Assembly (NCBI GenBank): GCA_050258555.1
Contig: JBLMZA010000129.1
Coordinates: forward strand, 21,026 to 85,025
Length of the DNA stretch: 64,000 nt
Reading direction: 5' to 3'
Origin: Acidobacteriota bacterium
Lineage (GTDB): Bacteria; Bacteroidota; Ignavibacteria; UBA10030; UBA8401
In this document: positions 1-9,455 of the stretch, piece by piece
Layout of the letters: every line of letters starts with the position of its first letter
Numbering within the stretch: the stretch's first letter is position 1
Program-made: the position numbers and the translations under genes
Notes under the pieces: generated by a model
What the model was told of the DNA's origin: nothing
What the model saw: the letters and a program-made list of their open reading frames with translations, nothing else
Database searches by the model: none

Positions 1-1
1 C

Positions 2-370
2 TGGTGGGGCTCGGAGTGGGGCAGCGCGTTCAAGACCATCAAATTGCAGACGATCACCGGCGTCGATGCGGAAAATTCCGCCGTGCCCACGGTCTACTCG
101 CTCTCGCAGAACTATCCGAATCCCTTCAACCCGTCGACAACCGTGAAATTCAGCGTTCCGCAACCGAGCGTCGTGAAGATCACGGTCTACGACTTGATCG
201 GCCGGGAAGTCGCCACGATCGCCAACGGCACATATGCGCCGGGCTACTATGCGGTGGCCTTCAACGCCGAGCGTCTCTCGAGCGGCATGTATGTCTACCG
301 CATGACATCGACGTCGGTTGCAGGATCGAAGACGTTCAGTGAGACGAAGAAACTCATGCTGCTGAAGTAA
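2..370 (+). CDS. T9SS type A sorting domain-containing protein, C-terminal part (5' truncated by window edge)
   Basis: Open frame from base 2 (WWGSEWGSAFKTIKLQTITGV...) ending in SLSQNYPNPFNPSTTVKF...LSSGMYVYRM...KKLMLLK, a typical T9SS C-terminal domain. Confidence 0.85.
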   Translation, partial: WWGSEWGSAFKTIKLQTITGVDAENSAVPTVYSLSQNYPNPFNPSTTVKFSVPQPSVVKITVYDLIGREVATIANGTYAPGYYAVAFNAERLSSGMYVYRMTSTSVAGSKTFSETKKLMLLK

Positions 371-396
371 GCAATCCATCGTTTATGCACACACAG

Positions 397-442
397 GAGC
401 CGGCGCCGATTCCTTCGCTGAGAAAGAAAATGGCGCCGGCTC
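397..442 (+). promoter_or_regulatory. Intergenic stem-loop (mRNA-stabilising or attenuating hairpin)
   Basis: Perfect 11-bp inverted repeat GAGCCGGCGCC (397-407) / GGCGCCGGCTC (432-442) with partial inner pairing; no clear U-tract. Confidence 0.55.
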
Positions 443-467
443 GCTTATCATCACACAAAGAGGCATT

Positions 468-2375
468 ATGAACCATGTGCGACAACTTTTGATTGTGCTT
501 GCGCTCCTGATCGCCGGACTCGGGGCTGTGACACAGGCCCAACCCCAGAGGACCGACGCGATCTGGGCGCGCACGGCGCCTGCGGGTTCGCTCACCGTCG
601 ACGGACGGATGAACGAAGCGGCATGGGCGTCGGCCGAGTCGATCTATGTGGAATACGGCAAGATCGCCGGCATTCCCGGAAGCGGCTACACGGCAGAGAC
701 CGGCATCCCGAAGGATCCGGTGCGCGCCGTCGTGAAATTTCTCGTCTCCGGCAATCAGCTCTATCTCGGCATCACCGTGCAGGACAGTTCGATCGGCGGC
801 GCGAATCTTTCACCCGATAATTTCGGCGCGGCCGATGCGATCATCTTCAATGTCCGCGACAAATCCAATCCTTCGGCGCGCCCATCGCCGCCCACTGAAT
901 TTTTGTGGGGTTGGATCAAGGCCGACTGGATGAATACCGAAACGAACGTTTCGGCCGTCGGCGCCGGCCCCTCGACGGGCCCCAAGAACCGCTACACGAA
1001 GAACCGGTTCGAGACGGCGACGACCGTCAAGGGCGTCACCAACGACGACTCGAAGCCCGATACGAGCTACACGGTGGAGATGCGGATCAACCTCGATTCG
1101 CTCGGCTACAAAACCAACAATGCTTCGGGCGATATCGTGATGTTCAATATGGCCATCCGCGATATCGACTGGTACTGGCCCATCCAGGACTGGCTCACAT
1201 TCAGCCGCGTCTGGATCCAGGGACCGTGGGCGAACGTCTCGGAGCGCGATCACCTGCGCATTTATGCGCGGCCCGATGTCACCACAAGCTCGGGCGCCGC
1301 GCCGAAGATTCTTCCCGATGTCATCATTCCTAACGGAAAGAATTTCGCAACGCCCGCGATCGACGGCAGGCTCACGGAACCCGTGTGGAAGGCGATCAAG
1401 GGATTCGATATCCGCTGGAACGATTCGACGCTGCGCGACACGTATCCCGGCACGGGTCCCTTCCGAAGCGGACAGTATCAGCCCGAGATTAACGGCGGCA
1501 AGGCCAATGTGATCGATCCGGCCAATGCGACCGTGAAATGGTTCTTCAACGCCGACACGCTGTATATCGGCATCGATGTGCGCGACAAGGTCGTGCAGTA
1601 CTCGAGCCTTTATGACCGCTGGGATGGCGCCATTGTCACGATGGTCGACCGCGGCAAGACAAACGATCTGGATCACGATCTCATGTCGCGCAAGCTCACC
1701 GTGCAGGTCGATTCGGCGAAGGCGAATCCGACGCGCTTGCAGGATTATCTTCCCTTCCTGCGCGATTCCTTGAACGGCGCGCGCGCCGTGCTCTCGCTCA
1801 ATTCCGGCACCGTGGTCGATACGACGGGCGTGAAGGCCGACTCCGGCTATCAGATCGAAATGGCGATCGCATTGACGAAGATGGGATACCCGGCGGGGCG
1901 CGGAGACGGCATCGTCTTTCTCGGCGTCGACATCCTGGACGGCGACTCGTTCATTCCGGCCACGAACAGCTACGGCACGCGCACCTGGTGGTTCCGCGAG
2001 CACGACGGCTCTGACGGACCGGCCTTCTGCTACATGGATCCGTCATCTGTCGTGACGGCGGTCGGGCGCGAAGAAACGTCTGCGATTCCCTCGGAGTTTG
2101 CCGTCATCGGAACCTATCCCAATCCGTTCAACCCTGCCACATCGATCCGGTATATGATGCCGCAGGCGGGAGAGGTGACGCTGGAAGTCTATGACATGCT
2201 CGGCCGCCGCGTCGCGCAGCGTGCCCTGGGGCTGCAGAGCGCCGGAGAGCACACGGCGCGCTTCGACGCGTCGCATCTGAGCTCGGGCGTGTATCTCTAC
2301 AGGCTGCAGCTTGCAGGCGCTTCGACGGGCCGCATCGCTTCCACGTCCTACCGGAAGATGATGCTTGTGAAGTGA
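468..2375 (+). CDS. Secreted glycan-binding protein: two CBM9/DOMON-like domains plus T9SS type A CTD
   Basis: Sec signal peptide; repeated LTVDGRMNEAAW / PAIDGRLTEPVW motifs and YTVEMRI / YQIEMAI ends typical of CBM9-like folds; C-terminal YPNPFNP...SSGVYLY...RKMMLVK; no catalytic domain recognised. Confidence 0.75.
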   Translation: MNHVRQLLIVLALLIAGLGAVTQAQPQRTDAIWARTAPAGSLTVDGRMNEAAWASAESIYVEYGKIAGIPGSGYTAETGIPKDPVRAVVKFLVSGNQLYLGITVQDSSIGGANLSPDNFGAADAIIFNVRDKSNPSARPSPPTEFLWGWIKADWMNTETNVSAVGAGPSTGPKNRYTKNRFETATTVKGVTNDDSKPDTSYTVEMRINLDSLGYKTNNASGDIVMFNMAIRDIDWYWPIQDWLTFSRVWIQGPWANVSERDHLRIYARPDVTTSSGAAPKILPDVIIPNGKNFATPAIDGRLTEPVWKAIKGFDIRWNDSTLRDTYPGTGPFRSGQYQPEINGGKANVIDPANATVKWFFNADTLYIGIDVRDKVVQYSSLYDRWDGAIVTMVDRGKTNDLDHDLMSRKLTVQVDSAKANPTRLQDYLPFLRDSLNGARAVLSLNSGTVVDTTGVKADSGYQIEMAIALTKMGYPAGRGDGIVFLGVDILDGDSFIPATNSYGTRTWWFREHDGSDGPAFCYMDPSSVVTAVGREETSAIPSEFAVIGTYPNPFNPATSIRYMMPQAGEVTLEVYDMLGRRVAQRALGLQSAGEHTARFDASHLSSGVYLYRLQLAGASTGRIASTSYRKMMLVK

Positions 2376-2415
2376 TTGACTGATCACACAATTTCTATTT
2401 CCCAGACGCATTGCC

Positions 2416-5103
2416 ATGAACCGTCCTTCCTTGTTCCAGTGCACGCCGCGCGCGCTTCTGCGCGCGGCGCTGCTTGCTGCCGTGAGCCTCACAGCGCTCA
2501 CGCGCGTCTCTGCCGATACGCGCGGCAAACTCACCGGCGTGATCACCGACCAGACAAATACGCCCATCCCCGGCGTCACGGTCGTGCTTGCCGGCACAAC
2601 CATGGGCACGGCCACCGATCCCTCGGGCTATTACGTGATCATCAACGTTCCGCCGGCGGCCTACGAGGTGCGCATCTCGAGCGTGGGCTACCAGCCGAAG
2701 GTCGTGCGCAATGTGCGCATCTCGGCCGGAGAGACCACCACGCTCGATGAAAAGCTTTCGGAAGAAGTGGTGCAGGGAAAGGAAGTCGTCGTCGTGGCCG
2801 AGCGCCCGCTGGTCGATACGCGCCAGACAAGCGCCGTCTCGATTCTGAACAACGAACAGATCGCCGTGCTTCCGGTGCAGAATCTGCAGGATATCGTCAA
2901 TATCCAGGCCGGCGTGGTCGACGGCCATTTCAGAGGCGGACGGCTCGGCGAAGTGCAGTATCAGGTCGACGGCGTTTCGGTCAATAATCCCCTGACCAAC
3001 CAGTCGACCGTACAGCTCGACCGCTCGGTGCTGCAGGAAGTGCAGGTCATCAGCGGCACATTCGATGCCGAATACGGACAGGCCATGAGCGGCGTGGTGA
3101 ACGCCGTGCTCAGAAGCGGACGCTCCGATGCGTATGAGTGGAGCGCCGAAACGTATTTCGGCGACAATGTCTCCTTCGGCACCAATCCGCGCTTCCCGCA
3201 TCTGGAAAACTTCGATCCGCTTGCCTATCAGAGCTATCAGGCGACCGTGAGCGGACCCGTACCGATGGTGCCCAAGACGACATTCCTTTTGAGCGGCCGC
3301 CGCTATAAAAGCGACGGCTACCTCTTCGGCACGCGGCTTTTCATGCCGACCGACACATCGGATTTCAACAACCGGATTCTGCATCCGACCGGCGACGGGA
3401 AACTTGTGCCGCTTCAGACACAGGACGAGTATTCGGGGCAGGTCAAGATCACGAACTCCTCGATCCAGGATATACAGCTGTCCTATCAGGCCATTTTCAA
3501 TTATTCGGAAAACAAGCCGTACCGGTTCGACTTCCGTTTCAATCCCGAAGGCGTCAAGACGCCGAAAAATTTCTCGCTTGTGCACGGCCTGGATCTGACG
3601 CACATGCTCACGGAAAAAACATTCTACACGCTCAACCTCCGCCAGAACCATGTCGATTACCGCGACTACAAATACGCGAACATCAACGATCCGCGCTACT
3701 ACCTGGCCGGAAGTCCGAAGGGCGATCCGAATTATGAAAACGGCGCGCTCATACAGGGCGTGGATCTGGACCGCTACACCGAAAAAACCGACGTCTATAT
3801 CGGCAAGGCGTCCCTCACAAGCCAGGTCACATCGATCCATCTGGTAAAAGTCGGCCTCGAGCTGCAATTGTCCGACATCACATACGGAAAGCCCGGCGTG
3901 ATCATTCCGACGACCGTGGGCGGCGTGACGATGCTCATGCCGCATGTCGATGATCCGAACTATCCGGGACCGAAGCGCTACAAGCCCGTGTCGTTTGCCG
4001 CCTACGCCCAGGACCGCGTCGAGTGGAAGGATGTGATGGTGCGCGGCGGGCTCCGCTTCGAATATTTCGACGCCAATACGACCGTGCCCGGCAATCTTCA
4101 GAATCCGGCCAACGCCATCACCGGGCAGCCGACGGCGCCCGCGAAGCATACGAGCGTGAAGGCCGTGCTTGCGCCGAGACTCGGCGTGTCGTATCCGATC
4201 ATCACCAACGGTTCGCTCTATTTTTCGTACGGACATTTTTATCAGCTTCCGGCCATCAGCCAGTTCTTCTCGAACTCCGATTATTCGCTCCTGAAGGATC
4301 TGCAGTCGGGCGGACTGAATTTCGGCGTGATGGGCAATCCCGACCTCAAGCCCGAGTTCACGACGCAGTATGAGTTCGGCATGAAGGCGCAGATGAGCGA
4401 GATGTTCGGCCTGGACGCCAGCCTGTTCTATAAGGATATCCGCGACCTGCTGGGCGTCGAGTTCATCGAGACATACAACACGGCGCAGTACACGCGCCTG
4501 ACGAATGTCGACTTCGGCGGCGTCTCGGGCTTCACGCTCGCGCTCGAGTTCCGCTCTGGTCCCATGCTCTCGGCCACGCTCGACTACACGTATCAGAATG
4601 CGGAGGGCAATTCAAGCGATCCGTCCGAAACCGCCGTGCGCGCCTCGGCCGGACAGGATGCGCGGCCGCGCGTGACGCCCTTCGCGTGGGATCAGCGCCA
4701 CACGATCAATGCCTCTCTGACCATACAGGAGGCGAATAATTTTTCCGTCACATCGATCGTCAAGTACGGATCGGGCCAGCCCTATACGCCCGCGATCGGC
4801 TCGGGCTTCGGCGCCGAGCTCGAAAACAATTCGGGCGTCAAGCCCGCCGGCGTCACGGCGGATATGCGCGGCGAGAAGCTCTTCGACATCGGAGGCGGTG
4901 TGCAATTGAGCGTCTTTGCGCGCATCTACAATCTGTTCAACACCTCGTTCTTCAACGGATTCGTCTTTGCCACCACGGGCTCGCCCGATTATTCGCTCAC
5001 GGCTTCGAGCGACCGCGCGACGCTCCAGGATCCGGGACGCTTCTATGCGCCCCGGCGCATCGAACTGGGATTATCCATCAAGGGATCGACACTCGTACCA
5101 TGA
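2416..5103 (+). CDS. TonB-dependent receptor (non-SusC type) with N-terminal CarboxypepD_reg-like domain
   Basis: Signal peptide; GKLTGVITD...PIPGVTV...GTATDPSGYY domain; plug motif HFRGGR...YQVDG and ISGTFDAEYGQAMSGVVN; GNPDLKPE and PRRIELGL barrel motifs. Confidence 0.92.
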   Translation: MNRPSLFQCTPRALLRAALLAAVSLTALTRVSADTRGKLTGVITDQTNTPIPGVTVVLAGTTMGTATDPSGYYVIINVPPAAYEVRISSVGYQPKVVRNVRISAGETTTLDEKLSEEVVQGKEVVVVAERPLVDTRQTSAVSILNNEQIAVLPVQNLQDIVNIQAGVVDGHFRGGRLGEVQYQVDGVSVNNPLTNQSTVQLDRSVLQEVQVISGTFDAEYGQAMSGVVNAVLRSGRSDAYEWSAETYFGDNVSFGTNPRFPHLENFDPLAYQSYQATVSGPVPMVPKTTFLLSGRRYKSDGYLFGTRLFMPTDTSDFNNRILHPTGDGKLVPLQTQDEYSGQVKITNSSIQDIQLSYQAIFNYSENKPYRFDFRFNPEGVKTPKNFSLVHGLDLTHMLTEKTFYTLNLRQNHVDYRDYKYANINDPRYYLAGSPKGDPNYENGALIQGVDLDRYTEKTDVYIGKASLTSQVTSIHLVKVGLELQLSDITYGKPGVIIPTTVGGVTMLMPHVDDPNYPGPKRYKPVSFAAYAQDRVEWKDVMVRGGLRFEYFDANTTVPGNLQNPANAITGQPTAPAKHTSVKAVLAPRLGVSYPIITNGSLYFSYGHFYQLPAISQFFSNSDYSLLKDLQSGGLNFGVMGNPDLKPEFTTQYEFGMKAQMSEMFGLDASLFYKDIRDLLGVEFIETYNTAQYTRLTNVDFGGVSGFTLALEFRSGPMLSATLDYTYQNAEGNSSDPSETAVRASAGQDARPRVTPFAWDQRHTINASLTIQEANNFSVTSIVKYGSGQPYTPAIGSGFGAELENNSGVKPAGVTADMRGEKLFDIGGGVQLSVFARIYNLFNTSFFNGFVFATTGSPDYSLTASSDRATLQDPGRFYAPRRIELGLSIKGSTLVP

Positions 5104-8100
5104 AAACACTCCGACTGCATCATGTCATACTGCTTGCCACAGCGCTTGCGTGCGCGACGCCCGCGTTGGCGCAGCGCAAACTGTTTCCGAGCGTGCCTCC
5201 GGAAAAGCGGGGCAACAAGGATTTCGAGCGCACCGGCACGCACGATGCCAACAACATCCGCACGCTCTTCAAAAACTTCGGCATGGTCGGATCCTATCCC
5301 GACGCCGAAGGCTATTCGGATGTGACGAAAGTCGACTTGAGCGTCTTCCACTCGGTGGAAGCGCCCAAAGGCACGGGCATGAATTATTCGGACGGCATCA
5401 CGCCCTTCGTGCTGGCGCGCGTGAAGCAATCCACCGGCGACGACGTCTACATCATGGAGACGGGATTCAGGGAGCGCCAGCAATTGAGTCCCACCAAAAA
5501 CCGCGTGATGCGCTTCGAGCCTCGTCCGGGGTACATGCAGGAGAACGCCTCGATCAATATCGACCGCTCGCCGGCCATGAGCCACCTCGAGCGCACCTGG
5601 CCCGATGAGTGGCCCGACAAGCTCGATGATCCGGATGATCCGGGATGGAAGGGCGCATGGAACGGGTACTTCGGCAAGAAGCCCAACGCGAGCCAGGAAA
5701 GTTACTTCGTGATGGACGACGATTACTACGACGCCTGGCGCGACTTCGTGCCCGATACGCGCGATCCGAGCCGGCGCGGACTGGGACTGCGCGTTGAAGT
5801 GCGCGGCTTCCAGTGGCAGAATCCCCAGGCCGGCAATGTGATCTTCTGGCATTACGACATCGCCAATGAAGGCACATACGACTACAACGAGAATATCATC
5901 TTCGGCCTCTATATGGATTCGGGCGTCGGCGGCTCCGCGCTCGGCTGCGATCCGCTGCCGGAGTCGGATGACGACAATGCCTTTTACGACAAGTCGCTCG
6001 GACAGAACCTCGTCTATACCTGGGACACGTATGGCCACGGCGTGAATCTCAGTTCGTCGTGCGGACAGACGGGCTATCTCGGCTACGCATACCTCGAAAC
6101 GCCGGGAAAGGATTACGACCGCATCGACAACGACGACGACGGCATGACCGATGAAAGCCGCACATCCGCTCCCGGCCAAAAGATCACGGGACAGCAGGCG
6201 ATCCGTGAGTACGCTCAGTCGCATTACGACATGGCGAAGTTCACGCTCGCCTATGGTCCGATCGAGAACCGTCCGGCCTACAAGGCGGGCGTGTGGTGGA
6301 CGGGCGATGAGGATATGGACTGGACCGCCGAGTTCAACGACACGGGCGCCGACGGTCTTGCCGGCACGCACGATACGGGCGAGGGCGACGGCATGCCCAC
6401 CAACGGAGAGGAGAATGTCGACAAGACCGATCTGCATGAATCGGATCAGATCGGACTCACCGGGTTCAAGATGAACCGCATCAAGGCCGGCTCGACGCAT
6501 CCGAGCGATCCGGTGGACGGCATCACCTTCTATAATGACGGCACGAAGAACTGGCCGTATCTGCTCTACCAGCAGTTTGCCGATCCCGTCTTTTCGAAGC
6601 ATTTCGATCAGCCGCTGACGCAGGATTACAATATCGCGTTTCTCTTCGCCTCCGGCCCCTTCAATCTTCCGGCCGGAAGCCGCGAGCGCTTCAGCCTGGC
6701 GCTCTCCTACGGACCCACGCTCCAGGATCTGAAGCGCACGGTGAAGATCGTGCAGCAGATCTACAACGCGAACTACCGGTTTGCCGAGCCTCCCCCCACG
6801 CCGACGCTGCATGCCGAGACGGGCGACAAGTCTGTGCGCCTGTCCTGGGACGATGCCTCGGAGCGCGGAGTGGATCCCGTCACGTTCCAGAACGATTTTG
6901 AAGGCTACAAGATCTACCGCGCCACCGATCCCGAGTTCCGCGATGTGCATGTGATCACCAACGGACAGGGCACGGGTCCGATGGTCTTCGGCCGTCCGCT
7001 GGTCACGTTCGATCTTGCCGACAACAAAACCGGGTACTCGAGCCAGATCGTGGAGGGCGTCGGATACTATCTCGGCGACGATACCGGCATCCGCCATGAG
7101 TTCAGGGATACGACGGTCGTGAACGGGCAGACGTATTTCTATGCGCTCGTCTCGTACGATTACGGCTCGGATTCGCTCGGGTTCTTCCCCTCGGAAAATG
7201 CCGTCTCCGTCTCGCGCACGCCGCGCGGCGGCATCGTGCTGCCGAAGAATGTGGTGGAAGTCAGGCCCGAGCCGAAGACAGCCGGGTACGTGCCGGCGCA
7301 GGCCTCTGCGCTTCGGCACACGCAGGGCACCGGAAGCGGAACGCTCGCGCTGGAGATCGTCAATTCGAATCTCGTTCCGGACAAGCGGACGCTCCTTCTG
7401 CAGTTCAAGACCGATCGCCCGGAGCATATCCGCGCCGATTATTACACGCTCTCCGACAGCGCCTCAGGCACGGTCTACATCGACCGCGGCACGGACTTCT
7501 CCGGAGCGGGCACGGGACAGGTGGGCGCGGGCGTGAAGCCCGTTATTGCAACGGCGCTGCTGCCGTCGTTCAACGCCGATACGACGGTCTCGCGCTTCAT
7601 ACAGAATGCGGGCGCGTCCACGATCCGGTTGAAGATGACATTCAATCCGGGACTCGACAGGAACACGCGCCATCTCGGCTATCCCTTCAACCTGATCGTG
7701 CGCTTCAGCGCAAGCGTGATCGATACCTCCGTCGACTATGACTTCTCGCATCCGGGCATTCCCGCCAAAATGAAGGTGTCGATGGTGAGTGCGCCCGGGC
7801 AGGAGCGACAGCTGAAGTACGTGCTGCACGACGAAAACAGCGACGGGCTGCTTTCCACGGTGAACGATTATCTCGATCTCATCGATACGACGATGAATAT
7901 CTACGGATTGAACAATCTCACCTGGCGCATACAGCTCGATACGGCGGGGCAGTGGAAACGCGGAGCGCTCGTGCTGCCCTCGACCGGCGATGCGTACATG
8001 CTCGGTGTCTCGACACCCTTGAGCGCGGGCGATATCTATTCCTTCCGCACCGAAGCGCAGAAGATCGATCCGTCGAAGGCGCGAACCGACTTTGCCGAAG

Positions 8101-8405
8101 CGCCCTATGTCGTGCCCAATCCGTATGTGGGCGCGGCAAGCTTCGAGCCCGAGCGCTTTGCGATTTCGGGCCGCGGCGAGCGCCGCCTGGAATTCCGCAA
8201 TCTTCCGGCCAAATGCACGATCCGCATCTACACGGTCAAGGGAGATCTCGTGCGGACGCTCGAGCATGACGGCTCGAATTCCGGCATGGTGCCCTGGGAT
8301 CTGCGCACGAAGGACAATCTCGATGTCGCGCCCGGCCTCTATATTTTCTTTGTGGACGGCAAGGATGCCGGAACGCATTCAGGCAAGTTTGCCATTATCA
8401 AGTAG
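5100..8405 (+). CDS. Large secreted protein of unknown function with Asp-rich Ca-binding loops, FN3-like domain and VVPNPY-type T9SS/FlgD-Ig-like CTD
   Basis: ATGA overlap with TBDR stop; signal peptide; DNDDDGMTDE and DTGADG...DTGEGDG loops; PPPTPTLHAETGDKSVRLSWD FN3-like segment; C-terminal YVVPNPYV...LEFRNLP...IRIYTVKGDLV...WDL...PGLYIF...FAIIK. Confidence 0.75.
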   Translation: MKTLRLHHVILLATALACATPALAQRKLFPSVPPEKRGNKDFERTGTHDANNIRTLFKNFGMVGSYPDAEGYSDVTKVDLSVFHSVEAPKGTGMNYSDGITPFVLARVKQSTGDDVYIMETGFRERQQLSPTKNRVMRFEPRPGYMQENASINIDRSPAMSHLERTWPDEWPDKLDDPDDPGWKGAWNGYFGKKPNASQESYFVMDDDYYDAWRDFVPDTRDPSRRGLGLRVEVRGFQWQNPQAGNVIFWHYDIANEGTYDYNENIIFGLYMDSGVGGSALGCDPLPESDDDNAFYDKSLGQNLVYTWDTYGHGVNLSSSCGQTGYLGYAYLETPGKDYDRIDNDDDGMTDESRTSAPGQKITGQQAIREYAQSHYDMAKFTLAYGPIENRPAYKAGVWWTGDEDMDWTAEFNDTGADGLAGTHDTGEGDGMPTNGEENVDKTDLHESDQIGLTGFKMNRIKAGSTHPSDPVDGITFYNDGTKNWPYLLYQQFADPVFSKHFDQPLTQDYNIAFLFASGPFNLPAGSRERFSLALSYGPTLQDLKRTVKIVQQIYNANYRFAEPPPTPTLHAETGDKSVRLSWDDASERGVDPVTFQNDFEGYKIYRATDPEFRDVHVITNGQGTGPMVFGRPLVTFDLADNKTGYSSQIVEGVGYYLGDDTGIRHEFRDTTVVNGQTYFYALVSYDYGSDSLGFFPSENAVSVSRTPRGGIVLPKNVVEVRPEPKTAGYVPAQASALRHTQGTGSGTLALEIVNSNLVPDKRTLLLQFKTDRPEHIRADYYTLSDSASGTVYIDRGTDFSGAGTGQVGAGVKPVIATALLPSFNADTTVSRFIQNAGASTIRLKMTFNPGLDRNTRHLGYPFNLIVRFSASVIDTSVDYDFSHPGIPAKMKVSMVSAPGQERQLKYVLHDENSDGLLSTVNDYLDLIDTTMNIYGLNNLTWRIQLDTAGQWKRGALVLPSTGDAYMLGVSTPLSAGDIYSFRTEAQKIDPSKARTDFAEAPYVVPNPYVGAASFEPERFAISGRGERRLEFRNLPAKCTIRIYTVKGDLVRTLEHDGSNSGMVPWDLRTKDNLDVAPGLYIFFVDGKDAGTHSGKFAIIK

Positions 8406-8411
8406 ACGGTG

Positions 8412-9443
8412 ATGAATATGAACCTCTCTCTGTTTCGACACGCGGGCGCACGGATTGCGGCGGCCCTCATGCTGTTCTCCGCTCTGGCGCTGCCGCAGAG
8501 CAAGACGGGCACGACCGTGGGGCAGTTCCTCCTGATCGAGCCGAGCGCGCGCATCGCAGGCATGGGCAATGCGGGCGCGACCGCTGTCGGCGAAGCCTCG
8601 GCCCTCTACTATAATCCCGCCGCGCTCGGCGCTTCCATCAGTTCCGATGCCGAGTTCGCGCACAGCCAGTGGCTTGCCGGCATCGCCTACAATTACGCCG
8701 CCGCATCGATCCACGTGACCGACGCCAGCGCGATCGGACTCTCGGTCACCTCGCTCAATTCGGGCGAGATCGCCGTGCGCACGGTCGAGGCTCCGCTCGG
8801 CACCGGAGAGCGCTACACGGTGTCCGACATGGCCATCGGCGTGGCCTACGGCCAGAAGATCACCGACCGCTTTTCGGCCGGACTCCAATTGAACTACATT
8901 CAGGAGACGATCTGGCATTCCAGCCTTGCGGCCTTCGGCATCAACTTCGGCACGCTCTACCAGATCACCTCCGACGGACTCATGCTCGGGGCCAGCATCT
9001 CGAACTTCGGCACCCGCGCCCGCTATGACGGCAGCGACTTGAGAATCCGTTATGATCTCGATCCGTCGCGCTACGGAGACAACAGCAGCATTCCGTCCGA
9101 AATCCAGACCGACCAGTTCCCGCTGCCGATCGTCTTCCGCGTCGGCTTCGGCTATCCGCTCGTGATCAACGAGAGCAACATGGTGCATCTGGCCGTCGAC
9201 GCGCTCCATCCGAGCGACAATTCGGAAAGCGTGAGCCTCGGCGCCGAATATGTCTTCATGAAGACATTCGCACTTCGGGCGGGATATCAGCGCCTGTTTG
9301 AAACCGATTCGGAAGTCGGCCTTACGCTCGGGGCCGGCATCGACTATGAACTGACGCCGTATTCCATCCGCATCGATTACGGATGGGCGACGCACGAGAG
9401 CCTGGGAGACATGCAGCGCTTCAGTGTGGGGGTTTCTTTTTAA
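8412..9443 (+). CDS. PorV/PorQ-family outer-membrane beta-barrel (T9SS cargo shuttle-like)
   Basis: GQFLLIEPSARIAGMGNA...ALYYNPAAL N-terminal motif of the PorV/FadL-like family; C-terminal Phe (FSVGVSF); start may be GTG 8409 or ATG 8412/8418. Confidence 0.85.
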   Translation: MNMNLSLFRHAGARIAAALMLFSALALPQSKTGTTVGQFLLIEPSARIAGMGNAGATAVGEASALYYNPAALGASISSDAEFAHSQWLAGIAYNYAAASIHVTDASAIGLSVTSLNSGEIAVRTVEAPLGTGERYTVSDMAIGVAYGQKITDRFSAGLQLNYIQETIWHSSLAAFGINFGTLYQITSDGLMLGASISNFGTRARYDGSDLRIRYDLDPSRYGDNSSIPSEIQTDQFPLPIVFRVGFGYPLVINESNMVHLAVDALHPSDNSESVSLGAEYVFMKTFALRAGYQRLFETDSEVGLTLGAGIDYELTPYSIRIDYGWATHESLGDMQRFSVGVSF

Positions 9444-9455
9444 ATTCAATTCGGG

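Noticed and set aside
5043-7427. 794-aa antisense ORF, and similar long antisense ORFs (810-2003, 2395-4236, 19223-21016, 28624-30138, 40587-41870, 59932-61860)
   Set aside because: Shadow frames of strongly GC3-biased real genes; Arg/His/Val-rich with no recognisable motifs
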